Source: Malacoraja senta (lineage: Eukaryota). From it: 60,000 nt of DNA. The notes beneath the pieces were generated by a model. That model saw only the letters and a program-made list of their open reading frames with translations. It made no database searches and had not been told where the DNA came from. The DNA lies in NCBI GenBank assembly GCA_038087875.1, contig CM075988.1, forward strand, positions 11,658,001 to 11,718,000, written 5' to 3'. Of this stretch, positions 35,641 through 49,176 are shown in pieces. Each line of letters begins with the position of its first letter. Position 1 is the stretch's first letter. The position numbers and the translations under genes are program-made.

Positions 35641-37193
35641 CCATCACCTGATACACAAGATGATAATAAACCTGATACATGATATGATAATAAGTTTTTT
35701 ATTGCCGTCTCAGTTAATAATGCAATGAATATTAATTTAGCCCTAAGTGGACATGAAGGAATACAGCATAAATTCCTGTGCCCTCCTTCCCAAGTGCATA
35801 GAACATCAAAGCAGGGCAGTACTTGATGCCGTAACAGAACGATACTTCTCTGCTTTGGCCTGTACAGACGCAAACCTTCTATTTGTTTATGCATTGGGTC
35901 CAAATATGCCAAGCACGTTTGTGCTATGAAACCACAAGGAGGATGATGTTATGTATTACATACAACATGCCCCATGTTCGGTAATTGAAAATGAAATTGA
36001 TTATCTGAGACCTAATAAACTGCAAAGGATTTTGACCAATATATTTATTATAGGTGCCATCTGAAGACAAAGAACCTATTATAACTTTCCTGGAATCAGT
36101 TGAATTATAACAGAGGCTGTGATTAAAATGTGCACTGAAAATTTAATATATAGTGGTGCAGATTAAAAACAAAACATATACTGTCACCCTTGTCGCTGCT
36201 CCTCTATTTAATGTCTTATAAAAACTTTTTAAAAAATCAACACATAGTGGGCAAGCATTCATATTCTCTTGTAATTTTCTGTTAACTGTTTTCTTTATTA
36301 ATCTTCAAACTGTGCGCACTGCTGGCCATCATTGCTGGAATTATCAGGGTGGAGCTGTTGATCTGACCTGCTTGCAAGATTTCTATGGAACACAAAGTTG
36401 CATTGGCAAGGTCAACAAAGCTCTCACAACTAAGTATGTGTACTGATGTTAATACATTTTTGTTAACATTATAGGGTTCAACAAAGAATCACAGTTAACT
36501 TGTATGCCACACACACCGTTGAAAGAATAAATCTAAATAATAAATATGCATAAATCAACAGTAAAACACATCCAAAAGGAACAATTTATATTCTGCAATT
36601 GTGGGGAATATTTCATGAATGATGTTTCCCATTTGTGTGCAACTTTAATTATAAAGTCAACAAAAAATATTTCCGATGGTCAAAATATTTCTTGCAGCTG
36701 AATTTTTTAAATATAAAACAACAGAATTGAAATGTTATTCAAGGATATATGTGGGCACTTTGTTTTAAACCTGGCTGTGGTGTCCTATCAGAAGCTAATC
36801 CAGCACTCTTGCTGACAAAAGGAAAATATTTATGCAAGGTTTAGCAGTGGGGAATGAACAATTAATGTTGACATCCGTTAAAAAATTCTTATTAAGTGGA
36901 AGGAATGATGGTGGCAGAGCACAATGAATTGATAGGAACGCAGCAGGAATGGTGGCATCTATGGAGGGAAATGGCCAGGTAACATTTCAGGTCAAGACTC
37001 TTGTTCAGACTGATGTGAGTAGGAGGGAGAAAGTTGGAAAAGCGAGGTCAAGGTGGGACCAAGCCTGGTGAGTAATAGATGGATACAGGTGCGGGGGCCC
37101 TCTGCTTTCATGTGCACAAGTGGACAGAGGGTGGGATCTTTCTCCCTTAAGCCAGTGTAAATGCTGGGATTAAACCAGGCAACTTCACTGTAG

Positions 37194-37461
37194 TAGAAAC
37201 AAAGAACTGCAGATGCCGGGACCAAAGATAGAAGACAAGTGCTGGAGTAACTCAACAGGTCAGGCAGCAACTCTGGAGAAAAAGGATTGGTGACAATTTG
37301 CTTTCAGGTCTGATGAAGGGCCGAACCTGAAAAGTCATCCTTTTTCTCCAGAGATGCTGCCTGATCTATTGAGTCATCCTTCTCTACAGAGAGGATGCCT
37401 CACCCGCTGAGTTCCTCCAGAATTGTTGTCTACATATTGAGTTACTCCAGCACTTTGTGTC
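37194..37461. mobile_element. Palindromic Penelope-derived element
   Basis: Inverted arms; TSD CAACTTCACTGTAG (37180-37193) / CAACTTCGCAGTAG (37462-37475); CTGATGA-AGG..CCT-GAAA core at 37310. Confidence 0.8.
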
Positions 37462-37821
37462 CAACTTCGCAGTAGTTCCTGGTTTCAAAGACCTCGTAGT
37501 GTTTATGCCAGAATCAACCATCTAACACAAATTCATTTCAATAACATTAATCATTCCTTATGGAAGAATCTATATGTAGTATTCTGCCCTCATGATACAT
37601 TCCATTGAATGAATGAATGAATATGCAAGACCATTTTTATCAGGGATCTTGTACTTGATCTTCAGCACATCTTCTCATCTTGAATTCCAAATTGTTACTG
37701 CTGAGTATCCCTTCAAGAAATGGGCAGGACATTCTCCAATGGCAAATATAAAAGCCACACATTGATTTCCTTGCTACATTCACTCCAATGCCCACTTTTT
37801 TTACCAAACTGTTAAGCCACA

Positions 37822-38049
37822 GTAGGTAGACACAAAATGCTAGAGCAGGTCAGGTGGTATATCTGGAGAAAAATAATAGGTGGCGTTTTGGGTCGGAACC
37901 CTTCAGTCTGAAGAAGAGTTCCAACCAACCCCAAATATCACCTATTCTTATCTCCAGAGATACATACTGCCTGACCCGCTGAGTTACTCCAGCATTTTGT
38001 GTCCGTCTATGTATAAACCAGTATCTGCAGTTCCTTCCTACTCATTTTA
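37822..38049. mobile_element. Palindromic Penelope-derived element
   Basis: Arms inverted about CTTCAGTCTGAAG; TSD TTAAGCCACA at 37812-37821 and 38050-38059. Confidence 0.85.
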
Positions 38050-39589
38050 TTAAGCCACACTTTTCTCTCCTAAGACTCAAAGACCAGATAATCATAAGCA
38101 CGATTTAGCTATTAACTCAGCCTCTTGTCATTACTGAAATAGTCTTCCACCCAGCTCTGTACAGATGACAACATCTTCCCTTCTGCTGCCTAGGTAGGGC
38201 TCGCATGAGGATCCACATGACAACATGATCTTCCTCTAGCTCCCTAGACTGCCTCCAAACCTCAGCAGGTTTAGACTGGTCCAAGCACAACAGTCTCCAT
38301 TCACACAAATAGGCCAGGAGGCTCCCATGAAAAAAGTAAATAATTGTGTTTTTATTTTATTTTTATTTGGGCTAGTTTAAATTATTTTAATGAATTGTTG
38401 GTGCCTGTTTTGGATTTGTAAATTAAAAACTAAATTTAAATTGTACCAAGATTTTCTTTTATTGTTTTTACATGCTTGAGAATATCAAAATTGTTCATAA
38501 GCATTCAAATATCTCCGCAAATGACACGGGTGACTTGAAATAGTACAAATGTGGAATTATTTGGCTGAACTAATCGTATTTAATTCTGAACCGTGAGCCA
38601 AGAGGCAAGGCCTTACCAGCTGGCAAAACCATTCTGAGTGTGGTTGGCTGCATGTCCTGAGTTAACTTCTGTGCAGTTCTGGATCACACTGGAGGTGCAA
38701 GCAGCTGAGTTCCCCTTACAAAACCCAGACAGGAAAGAACAATGTGAAACAGGAATAAGTGGGGATCGATTTTCTTATCAAAGGTCCTGCCCCAGCTGAT
38801 TTGGCTTTGCTATCACCCCTCACAATGCCCAACCCATTCCACTCCTTGTCCCTCTCCACCCAGTCACCATATTCCTACAGCTTTTGCTGAAAGAAAATTA
38901 ATACGAGATAACCTTGACCATCAGCATGAGTAACATTGGAAAGTCTAATTTTTCCCTTCAATTAGTGCCTGTAGATTGGCAGAGACACTGAATTAAAGTA
39001 AGGATTAGGCTTGCATCTCTTTCTATTTCTTAATTTGCAGGATTCACTTTTTTAAGAGACTAACAGGCCACCTTTCATTGTCATATACAGAATGTAAATG
39101 GAAAGATCTCAGAATAAACTGGATGATCATTCTTCTCTCTCTGCTTTTTCCATTTTCTTTCTTGGAGTAAAAACGTTTTAATTCATTTTGTTAAGAATGA
39201 GTCTGGCCATGATGTATTGCTTATGTTTAAATACCTTTGAAGTGGTGGTGCTGAGCCTCGATCTTGAACACCCATAGTCCTTCTGGTGAATGTTGAGAAA
39301 GAATGGTGATGCGTTTCCATGTCAGCATGGTGTGTGCCTTGGAATGGGACACGCATACAGTGATGTTCCCACACAATATTGCTATTCTTCTTGCAACTGT
39401 AGATTGTGGGTTTGGAGATGCTGGCAGAGCAGCCTATGGCAGTAACTGTACTGATATGTAAGACAGTGCTGTTGTGGTGCTTCAATGGTGAAGGAACTGA
39501 ATGTTTGGGCTTTGGAATGATATGGCTTGAAACATAACTAACATACCATTCTTGAGGATATATCGGGTTTTAGCAGGTTTTATCATTGA

Positions 39590-40593
39590 GATGGAAGGAA
39601 GCAGAGGGTGATGGTGGAAGGTTGCGTCTCTGACTGGAGGCCTGTGACTAGTGGCATGCCTCAGGGTTCGGTGCTGGGCCCGTTACTGTTTGTCATCTAC
39701 ATCAATGATTTGGATGAGAACATACAGGGCAAGATTAACAAGTTTGCTGATGATACAAAAGTGAGTGGTTTTGCAGACAGTGAAGATGGTTGTGAAAGGT
39801 TGCAGCAGGATCTGGATTGATTGGCCAGGTGGGCGGAGGAATGGTTGATGGAATTTAATACAGAGAAGAGTGAGGTGTTGCATTTTGGGATGTCGAACAA
39901 GGGCAGGACCGACACGGTAGTGTTGTAGAGCAGAGGGATCTAGGAGTACAGGTGCATGGTTCCTTGAGTCGAGTCACAGGTGGTCAAAAACGTTTTTAGC
40001 ACTTTGGCCTTCATCAGTCAGAGTATTGAGTATAGAAGTTGGGAGGTCATGTTGCAGTTTTACAGGACGTTAGTGAGACCGCATCTAGAATATTGTGTTC
40101 AGTTCTGGGTACTATGTTGTTAGAAAGATATTGTCAAGCTTGAAAGGGTTCAGATAAGATTTATGTGGATGTTGCCAGGAATAGAGGGTGTGAGCTATAG
40201 GGAGAGGTTGAGTAGGCTGGGTCTCTATTCCTTGGAGCACAGGAGGATGAGGGGAGATCTTATAGAGGTGTACAAAATCATGCGAGGAATAGAACGGGTA
40301 AATGCACAGTCTCGTTCCCAGAGTAGAGGAATCGAGGACATAGGTTCAAGGTAAAGGGGAAAAGATTTAATAGGAATCTTAGGGGTAACTTTTTCACACA
40401 AAGGGTGGTGGGTGGATGGAACGAGCTGCCATAGGAGGTAGTTGAGGCTGGGATTATCCATTGGATCATTTAAGAAACAGTTAGACAGATACATGGATAG
40501 GACAGGTTTGGAGGGATATGGATCAAGCGCAGGCAAGTGCGACTAGTGTGGGCAAGTTGGGCTGAAGGGCCTGTTTCCACACTGACTCTATGA
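39590..40593 (+). mobile_element. 5'-truncated CR1 LINE (partner-type tail of the V-SINEs)
   Basis: SGMPQGSVLGPLLFVIYINDLD..KFADDTK; 3' end GGGCTGAAGGGCCTGTTTCCACACTG matches the SINE tails. Confidence 0.95.
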
Positions 40594-41551
40594 CAGCTTC
40601 AAACAAAATGAATTATAACATGAAATTTCTCCCAGTTGTCTACGTATCACACAAAAGGCCTCTTCTCACATTTTGTGTCTGAATTCACACATCTGAGAGT
40701 GAAATGAATAATTGATCCCTTTTCATTACATTTCCTTTTGCTATTTGCTTCAACTGCTTCTTGTGTTAGTGCTTCACATTCTCACCACTCTTTGGAGAAA
40801 TACATTTCTTCTCAATTCCCTTGTATATTAGTGTCCATCTTGTGTTAATGACCCCTGGTTTTTCCTGGGAGAGCATATCTTTTCCGTTGATCAAAATCGG
40901 TGGGTTCAGAAGGATGAAAAGGAAGTAAAACCACTTGGGTTACTTTATCACATGTACAATAGCGGAATATAGTTGACAAACTCAAAATTGCAAACCCATT
41001 GCTTGATCTTTCAAAAGGAAACAGACAGTACTTCCATTTGAACTTGCACACATTCTCTGTGAACTCGCCACATACAAACTTCAAATTTCTTGAGATTGGG
41101 TTGAATTATTAATGATTTGATTCCACATGCCATGAACAATTATGTCAACTATTTGATAAAAGTTCTTCATAGAGCATGGTTGCACAAGAATTGCAATCCA
41201 TTAAAAAAAATAAGAAAAACAAGAAAAATGTATTAAGCTTTGAGATGCTTTGTTTCAACAGAAAAAAGTGACTGTTCAAAACTAAGCGGTGGGTCATCAA
41301 GGTTGGCTGTTTTTAATGCTCTCTGTAGGTCACAGAGAAATTGCACTTCACTGGAGGTGACACAGTAATGTTTGACCACAAAGATTGTGATGTTAAATTG
41401 TCTTTAATCCCATACCTGTTGTATTATTGATCATCAATCTTCAATCATCATTCATCTTGCCTTTTGCTCATGTTCCACCTCTTCACTCAGTTCCAACCAT
41501 TAATATTCATTAAATTAAGGCACCTTGCAACATATTTAGGTGTAATCTGTT

Positions 41552-42697
41552 CATAGAAACATAGAAACATGGAAAAATAAGTGCAGGAGTAGGCCATTCA
41601 GACCTTAGAGCCAGCACCGCCATTAAATATGATCATGGCTAATCATCTAAAATCAGTACCCTGTTCCTACATTTTTCCTATATCCCTTGATTCCTTTAGT
41701 CCTAAGAGCTAAATATAACTCTCTCTTGAAAACATCCAATGAATTGGCCTCCACTGCCTTCTATGGCAGAGAATTCCACAGATTCACAATTCTCTAGGTA
41801 AAGAAGTTTCTCCTCATCTCAGTTCTAAAGGGCCTACCCCTTATTCTTAAACTGTGACCACTGGTTCTGGACTCCCCCAACATTGGGAACATTTTTCCTG
41901 CATCTAAATTCCAGTGAATACAAGCCCAGTCGACCCATTGTTTCATCATACGTCAGTCCCGCCATCCCGGGAATTAACCTTGTGAACCTACGCTGCACTC
42001 CCTCAATAGCAATAATGTCCTTCCTCAAATTAGGAGACCAATTGCACACAATGCTCCAGGTGCGGTCTCACCAGGGCCCTGTACAACTGCAGTAGGACCT
42101 CCTTGCTCCTAAACTTAAATTGTCTCGCAATGAAGGCCAATATGACATTATCTTTCTTCACTGCCTGCTGTACCTGCATGCTTACTTTCAGTGACTGATG
42201 TGCAAAGACACCATTGCACCTCCCCTTTTCGTTATCTGATACCATTCAGATAATCATTTGCCTTCCTGTTCTTGCCACCAAAGTAGATAACCTCACATTA
42301 TCCACATACTGCATCTGCCATGCATCTGCCCACTCATCCAACCTATTCAAGTCACCCTGCAGCCTCAAAGCATCCTCATCACAGCGCACACTGCCACCCA
42401 GCTTTGTGTCATCCGCAAACTTGGAGATGTCACATTTAATTCCCTCATCTAAATCATTAATATATACATATTGTAAATAACTGGGGTCCCAGCACCGAGC
42501 CTTGCTGCACCCCACTAGTCATTGACTGTCATTCTGAAAAGGACCAGTTAATTCCTACTCTTTGCTTCCTGTGTGCCAACCAGTACTCTATCGATGCCAA
42601 TACCTACCCCAATACCATGTGCTCTAATTTTGCACACTAATCTCTTTCAAAGGCTATTTCACCACGTCCACTGGCTCTCCCTTATCCATTCTACTTG
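41552..42697 (-). mobile_element. 5'-truncated CR1 LINE
   Basis: YINDLDEGIKCDISKFADDTKLGG and LYRALVRPHLE; (CATAGAAA)n tail. Confidence 0.95.
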
Positions 42698-44029
42698 GAT
42701 GTTCTTTCACCATTTTGAGCAGCATGTGCCCCCCCCATAACTCAGCAGTGAAGTCTTTTCAATGACTAATGGTCATGACTTTCCTGGTATCATTCCATCC
42801 AGGTTGGAGTTGTGGATATATGTAGCCTATTCAACATTTTTCAATACTGATCAGAGTAAGGGTAATTTCTACTTTGATGTTCTCCCTTGTCAGTGAGCAG
42901 ATGGTGGGATGAGTGCATGATTTAGTAAGTATTACAGATTTCTCGTGATGCTGGCGCCAGCGACTTGCACAAGCATTGCAATTCAACAACACGTGCCAAT
43001 TAGATATCGTATAACGGGAAGACAATCCACACCTTCGTTCTCAAGCTAATGCGAGACGGTGGAAATGAATCATAGAATCACATGTATCATAGACTGGGAT
43101 CTTGGCTCTGCGTATTCTGAGATTCTACACAAATCAAGAGGCAAGCCAAATGGCTCATGATTCCAGCATTCAATTAATGCATGTAAGACGAATGTGCATG
43201 GAATGCCACTTGCAAACTGGTAATACCACTGGTCATCCTTCAACTGACCTTGGCAAAATCTGAGCCATTCTCAGCCATAAATGTGACTTCTGTTTCACCC
43301 CTCCTTCCTTGTTCTGGAACCGCTGAGCTAGTTCTTGACCATCTGCAAGGTAAAATAGCAGGGTTATGGTGACAAGAGTTGAATGCGATTGTGAAATTAG
43401 TTTCACGTTCACACCATCAGATGAGATTGTGATGAAGAGTAAGTGGGATATGAATAGGAAGCAGTGATCGAAGCACACCATCTCTTTAACTGTTGATCAA
43501 CAATGCCATCTTGGTTGCCCCAATGCTGAACAACACTCCCTCCTCTAATTGTCAAAGTAATATGTACATTTATTTCCATCACCAATTACATTCTATTCTG
43601 TGTGGCTGTAGTCCACTTGAGTGCATTGAATGCCATGCCTTTAATATTTGAATAGCTTTAAAATATCCAAACTACCAAAATGTGTATTTAAGATTTGAAT
43701 GTGGAAAGGGAGAACCCAGATGAGCGTATCAATCATATCCCTAATCTAACTGATTGGCCTAATTGGAAGATGAATGACGTTAAATTGAGCTCTGAATGGG
43801 ATGATGGTCATTTATCTGCACTTGTCCATGTTTGCCATGTCAATGAACCTCTTGCTGCTCCACATCCAGATCCCTGAGGCTTGACATCTACGATTGAGGA
43901 ATGTAGCTTTCACCTCTCATTGCCTATTGAACAAATATCTAAAGAGTCTCCTTGTATTCTCCTCCTTCTCTGCTAAATTCTCCAGTGTGGCATCTGGAAA
44001 GAGTGCAGTTCATTCCCTGCATTGTAGCT

Positions 44030-44700
44030 ATGCATTTCATGGCACACACAACCCTTTCTGGTCGCCCACCACACCCATAATGGACCACCCTTTAAGAGAT
44101 CCTGCCGAGCTTTAACCTGAACACGTGCTAGACACGTATGTAGGCCATCAGTTGGTGTGAAAAGTTAAGGAACTTATGGCTTGCACTGGCTAGAGGCTAA
44201 AATCATAATCTTTGGGTTCTTGTATAATAATAATAATAATGAATTTTATTTACGGGCGCCTTATACCGAGGTCTCAAGGACACCTTACAGAGATTTATAG
44301 GAAACATATAATCAGAATTAAAAAAAAATAAGTTATAAAGACCAATACACAAATCAGGGACAGAATTCCTTCCAAAAACACAAAAAAGAAAATCAGAAAC
44401 ACAATTTGAGGAGAGAGCAGCGGCAGCGAAACCGCGCCAGCCTCCACTCTCCCCTCCGACCGCCATCTTGAACACAGACTAACAAATACAATTACAAACA
44501 ATTACATACAAAAATCATCCCCCCACAATGATTTCCACTGTGGGGGAAGGCACAATGTCCAGTCCCCAGCCCCAGTTCAACCCAAAAAGTCAGGCCACCT
44601 GTTTGTCTCACACTAGTTCAGGTTAAAGCCTGCCAGGGTGGTCCATTATGGCTGTGGTAGGTGACCAGAAGGGGTTATGCATGCTATGACCAAAATGCGT
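44030..44700. mobile_element. Old fold-back MITE with about 110-bp inverted arms
   Basis: 44030-44146 (CCACACCCATAATGGACCACCCT, GCTTTAACCTGAAC) is the reverse complement of 44592-44700. Confidence 0.75.
44224..44590 (-). mobile_element. L2-tailed short retroelement inside the MITE
   Basis: Tail TGTAAGGTGTCCTTGAG...AAGGCGCCCGTAAATAAAAT(TAT)n; internal AAGATGGCGG in a CpG-rich segment. Confidence 0.65.
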
Positions 44701-46454
44701 GGACTTAGGTAATTATAACCCATTCAGCTCCTGTCTTCGGGGGGGGGGGGGCTTTGGCAATTGCTATCAACTAAAAAGCACAGACCCAGTTGACAATGGA
44801 ATGACGTATTAAATTGGGAGCAAGCAAGTGTACTTCCACTGAGTCCTGGGACATGCTGAATGATACGTTCCCCAACCTCAACTTTTCACCATGGAGAGAT
44901 ACTAAAGAGTACCTCCTTATGGAGTGGGCAATGGTAGAAATGGAGCTGTTATCACCAGTCTGATAGCACTGCATTTCAAAAGAAGACGAGCAGCCTGATT
45001 TTTTTTTTATTCTTAGAGGTTGAGTGTAGTATACGAACCGTAAACTGAAACCGCACACATAATTAACAAAACTGTAAGAATAATAAATATGCTGGATTGA
45101 TTTTGCATTAGTTTCAATTTGAAGGTGCATTTTTTTTTAATTATACAAAAAATATATAGCTTTTATGAATTTCATCTGAGTTACTCTGGAGTATCAACCA
45201 TGTAGGATCATTAAGAAACGTGCAGTGACTAGACTGTAATTTTACGTATGTAAGTCTGTCACTGGATTTTATGCACTCTCTTGGATTCCTATTTTGTTCA
45301 TTGTAGTCTTCATTTCCCCCCTCCTCCCCATCTCTGCCATTCTCCAAGTTAAAAGATCATATCTTGGAGAAATGGTGTCTACAGTGGGTTTCAATTTCAT
45401 TCATTTATGGAATGTAAATGCAATTAATTTCCTGTTGTAGATTGGTTTTCTCTTGAACACTTTCAGGAATACACATGTGCCTGCTCTTGCTGAGTTGTGA
45501 TTCTATTTGTGGTTAAATACACTTCAATGCTTGAACTCTTCTGCTGAATGGCTCCTTGGGTGTGAATTGTTAGACAGGGAGAGGAGATAAATAAAAACAA
45601 ATTGAAAATTGCAACGATTGTCTTTAGCAGTCACCAATGTCACATGAAGACAGTTCCATTGCTGCCATTTACAACAAAGACATGACTCTAATACTTTGTG
45701 GAGTTTGTCTCAGTTATTATTTGTTTCTTTTTAACTGATCTAGAAAAAAAAAACAATGATCGCAGAGGGAAACGAGCACAGTCAATATCAATAGGGAATT
45801 TAAACAAGCATTACAGTAAACGTGTGGGCACTGTGCCAAGCTTGTAATAAAATAATGTTGGAGTGTAAGCAGAGGACAGGCAGTGAATTCTCGTAACAAG
45901 TAATCCATTAGAAAATTATCCCACTGTTCACATTTGCTTTGACATTCATCAGTCCCTTCCATGAGGGGCTATGATAGTGGAATGCTGCATATCGAATGTT
46001 TGATTGTGTGAATGCAAATGCTCATGCGTGTGTTAATATGGTCAACTCTTATCTACTTCCTCAGTTCAAGGGCAATAGAAATGGACAATGAATGCTTGCA
46101 GCATCAGTGACATTCCTCATTCTCTGAAATAATAAATAAACTAACACAGGCATCTTATCAAATTATTTGCATAACTTCCATAATCTAAATAAGGTATGTG
46201 AAAATGTGGGATGGAAAAGGTGCATGGATAGGAACGTTTGAAGGTTCTGGATCAAATGCAGGCCAATGGGACTAGTGTAGACGGGTATCTTAGTTGGCAT
46301 GGACAAGTTGGCCCAGAGTAATTTTTTGTATGACTATATAATAATTTTCTCTGTGCAATATGACTGGAGGAGCTTTGAAAAGAAAACCCAGAAATTACTG
46401 ATTGCTATTATCATCTTGGTACTAAACACGAGTGCCACATAGTATGTGAAAATA

Positions 46455-46862
46455 ATTATAAATGCAGATGCTGGAAATCTAAACCAATAATAGAAAATGC
46501 TGGAAACACTCCACAAATCAGATCACATCTGTTGGAAGGGTGATGTAGAAATGAGGAAATGCAGATGCTGGTTTGTAAAATAAGACTATGTGCTGGAATC
46601 GCTGCAGTTTCACATTTCACACCTATTCAATCTTATTGTCCCACACCTTCTGTCTTTTCATCTTCACTGGTCAACCATCTGCCTGTCAAAAAAAAACCTT
46701 CCCCATCCATGTTGGCCTATTGCTTGCCAGGCTTTGTCATGCCCCTTCCTCCCTTTTATCTTTCTTCTCTCCTCCCCTGCCTTGACAATCAGTCTGAAGA
46801 ATTGTCCCAACCCGAAACCTCACCTATCCATGTTCTCCAGAGATGCTGCCTGACCCGCTGAG
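46455..46862. mobile_element. Penelope-derived elements; the last copy is split by the hAT and resumes at 49532-49560
   Basis: CAGTCTGAAGAA..CCCGAAACCTCACC...GACCCGCTGAG | ATACTCCAGCACTTCGTGTC. Confidence 0.8.
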
Positions 46863-47092
46863 CAGGGCCGGCCTTAAGCCGATTGGACCGATTTCTCCCA
46901 ATTGGGCCCCGCGCCCAAGGGGGGCCCTGCATTAATTTTCCGTATTTCATACGGAAATACAAATTTGCTTTGTTAAATAAAGATTTTTAAAAAAACATTC
47001 GCCATACGGATTTTTTTACAAAACAAACATGGATAACAACCGCTGGGGCCCAATTGGGAGAAATCGATCCAATCGGCTTAAGGCCGGCCCTG
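46863..47092. repeat. 230-bp MITE-like unit with near-perfect 48-bp inverted repeats
   Basis: CAGGGCCGGCCTTAAGCCGATTGGACCGATTTCTCCCAATTGGGCCCC mirrored at 47045-47092 with one mismatch. Confidence 0.95.
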
Positions 47093-47326
47093 CCCGAGTG
47101 AGTGAGTGAGAGACAGGGAGACTCCATTTGCCAACGTCAGCAGCTGCATGTCGATCTCTTGAGTGAATGTGGCATGTGTGTTGGCTGGTCATTGCTGCAC
47201 CAGTAATATACACAGGAAAGTTAGACATTGTGTGTGGCAAGGTGCTGCACGGCCATCAGACACAAACGATTTGTTAACTACTACTGTTAGCACTTATTAA
47301 CAGCTAGTAGTTAACAAGTAGTTATA

Positions 47327-47499
47327 CAATGTGTCATCAATGCATCGATCCACATTCCTCAGTAAATTTAATTGTGTATTGAACAAGTATTAATGACGCT
47401 GCGTTCCTTTGAATACAATTCACGTGGCGTCATTAATACTTGATCAAAACACAATTACATTTACTGAGGAATGTAGATCGATGCATTGATGACACATTG
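47327..47499. repeat. 173-bp fold-back palindrome (plus a small hairpin at 47271-47317)
   Basis: CAATGTGTCATCAATGCATCGATC...GATCGATGCATTGATGACACATTG; arms of about 75 bp. Confidence 0.95.
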
Positions 47500-47734
47500 A
47501 GAATTTCTTAAAACTCACCATCACGATTGAGGGCTTCTTCTTGGCGAGCTCCTTCATCTGCAGCAGGTTTGTCATTCAATTTACCTACCGACCCACGTTG
47601 TGTCTCTCGGTCTTTCGCTCTCTCCTTCCCTCTCTCTCTCTCCCGCTCCCCATCTCATCTCTCTCTAACTCTCTCACTCCCTCTCTCTCACCCTGTTGCC
47701 TCGGCATTCCCGGAACCATTTACGTTTTGCGGAA

Positions 47735-47940
47735 GACAAAAATGCGGGAGAAACTCAGCGGGTGAGGCAGCATATATGGAGCCAAGGAAATAGGCAACGT
47801 TTCGGGTCGAAACCCATCTTCAGACCCGGCCCAAAACGTTGGCTATTTCCTTCGCTCCATAGATGCTGCCTCACCCGCTGAGTTTCTCCAGCATTTTTTG
47901 TCTACCTTCGATTTTCCAACATCTGCAGTTCCTTCTTAGA
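47735..47940. mobile_element. Palindromic Penelope-derived element (related copies at 48350-48450 and 48660-48950)
   Basis: Inverted arms GGAGAAACTCAGCGGGTGAGGCAGCAT / ATGCTGCCTCACCCGCTGAGTTTCTCC. Confidence 0.85.
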
Positions 47941-49176
47941 CGTTTTGCAGTGACGGCTGCATCTGCGGTTCCTTTCTTTTGGGGGGGAGGGGGGAGATAG
48001 TCCTGTCCCGTGGCGGCACCTGATAAGTGATATAATGTTTAAGAAGGAACTGCAGATGCAGGGTGCTGGTGGAAGGAGAGTGGTGCATTTGACAGCTGCC
48101 GTACATGTTCAAACAATGGGCTGCCATAGTGGGCTTGCCTTGGCATACATTTCTTGTATTTGTTATGTTATTAGAAATATTAGCACTAGACCCAAAAAGA
48201 AATAATAAAAACATCTCCAGTTGTCTTGTCTCTCTATGATACACGGAACCATGTTCGTATGTGGTGCAGTGCAATACTGGAGATTTTAAAGTTAGTTAAA
48301 ATATGTCACCTGCCCTGTTTCAGCTTTTTTGACCGAGGTCAATATTAATAACTCTCACGAGGCTGAAAGCTGCCATAGCCAGGCGTTGTCCATTCCTTCT
48401 CTCTGGGGATGCTGCCTGTCCCATTGAGTTACTCCAGCTTTTTGTGTCTATCTGTAGCCTAGCATTATTCGGCCTAGTGACCCTTGGACCCTTCCTTGCA
48501 TGTTGTTTCCATGTTTATAATAAATGTTTTCGGTGAACATTACCGCTGTTGGACACTCTGCCTTAGACGTGGTGCGTTGTGTATTACTGGCACTGCTAGT
48601 TACTTCGTCAAACGGTCACTGGAAACTACGTTTAGAAATGCTCGTGAAAATAATGATATGTTCCCTCTGCGGGTGCTGCCTTGCCCGCTGAGTTCCTCCA
48701 GCACTCCATGTTTTTTGTTTGGCTCTGAAGTTGACCCCCTGTGTCTACCTTTAACTCCCTGTCTGCGGTGGCTCAGCGGGACGGGCAGGGGCTCTAGGGA
48801 GAGGGTTGCGTTTCTGGTCGAAACCCTTCTTCAGACAATCACAAGTACTCTCACCGACGAGAGTTCAGTTCAGTCTGAAGAAGGGTCTTCTCTCCAGAGT
48901 CGCTGCGCAGTATGTCCTGCTGAGCTACTCCAGCTTTTGTCTATCTTCAATTTCAGAGTTAGATAAAAGTTCTCATGGGGGGCTTATAGCGTCAACACCC
49001 CCCCCCCCCACCCCACCCCCTTCCTTCCCAACCTCAGCCTCACGGACCTTAGCGTACCCCCAGTTCCTAAAACCCATTTCCATCACTGATCTGGCATATA
49101 AATTCATGACAGTGAGATCTAAAAATCATGTTATATTCTTGTGTGAATGGGATTAGTTTGTTATTTGGATACTTAG

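Noticed and set aside
37194..38049. Recurrent palindromic repeats as a CRISPR-like array
   Set aside because: Dispersed, irregularly spaced, individually TSD-flanked eukaryotic retroposons; no spacers or cas genes.
48484..48966. 160-aa ORF
   Set aside because: The second half is read through Penelope-derived repeats and the first half has no identifiable motif.
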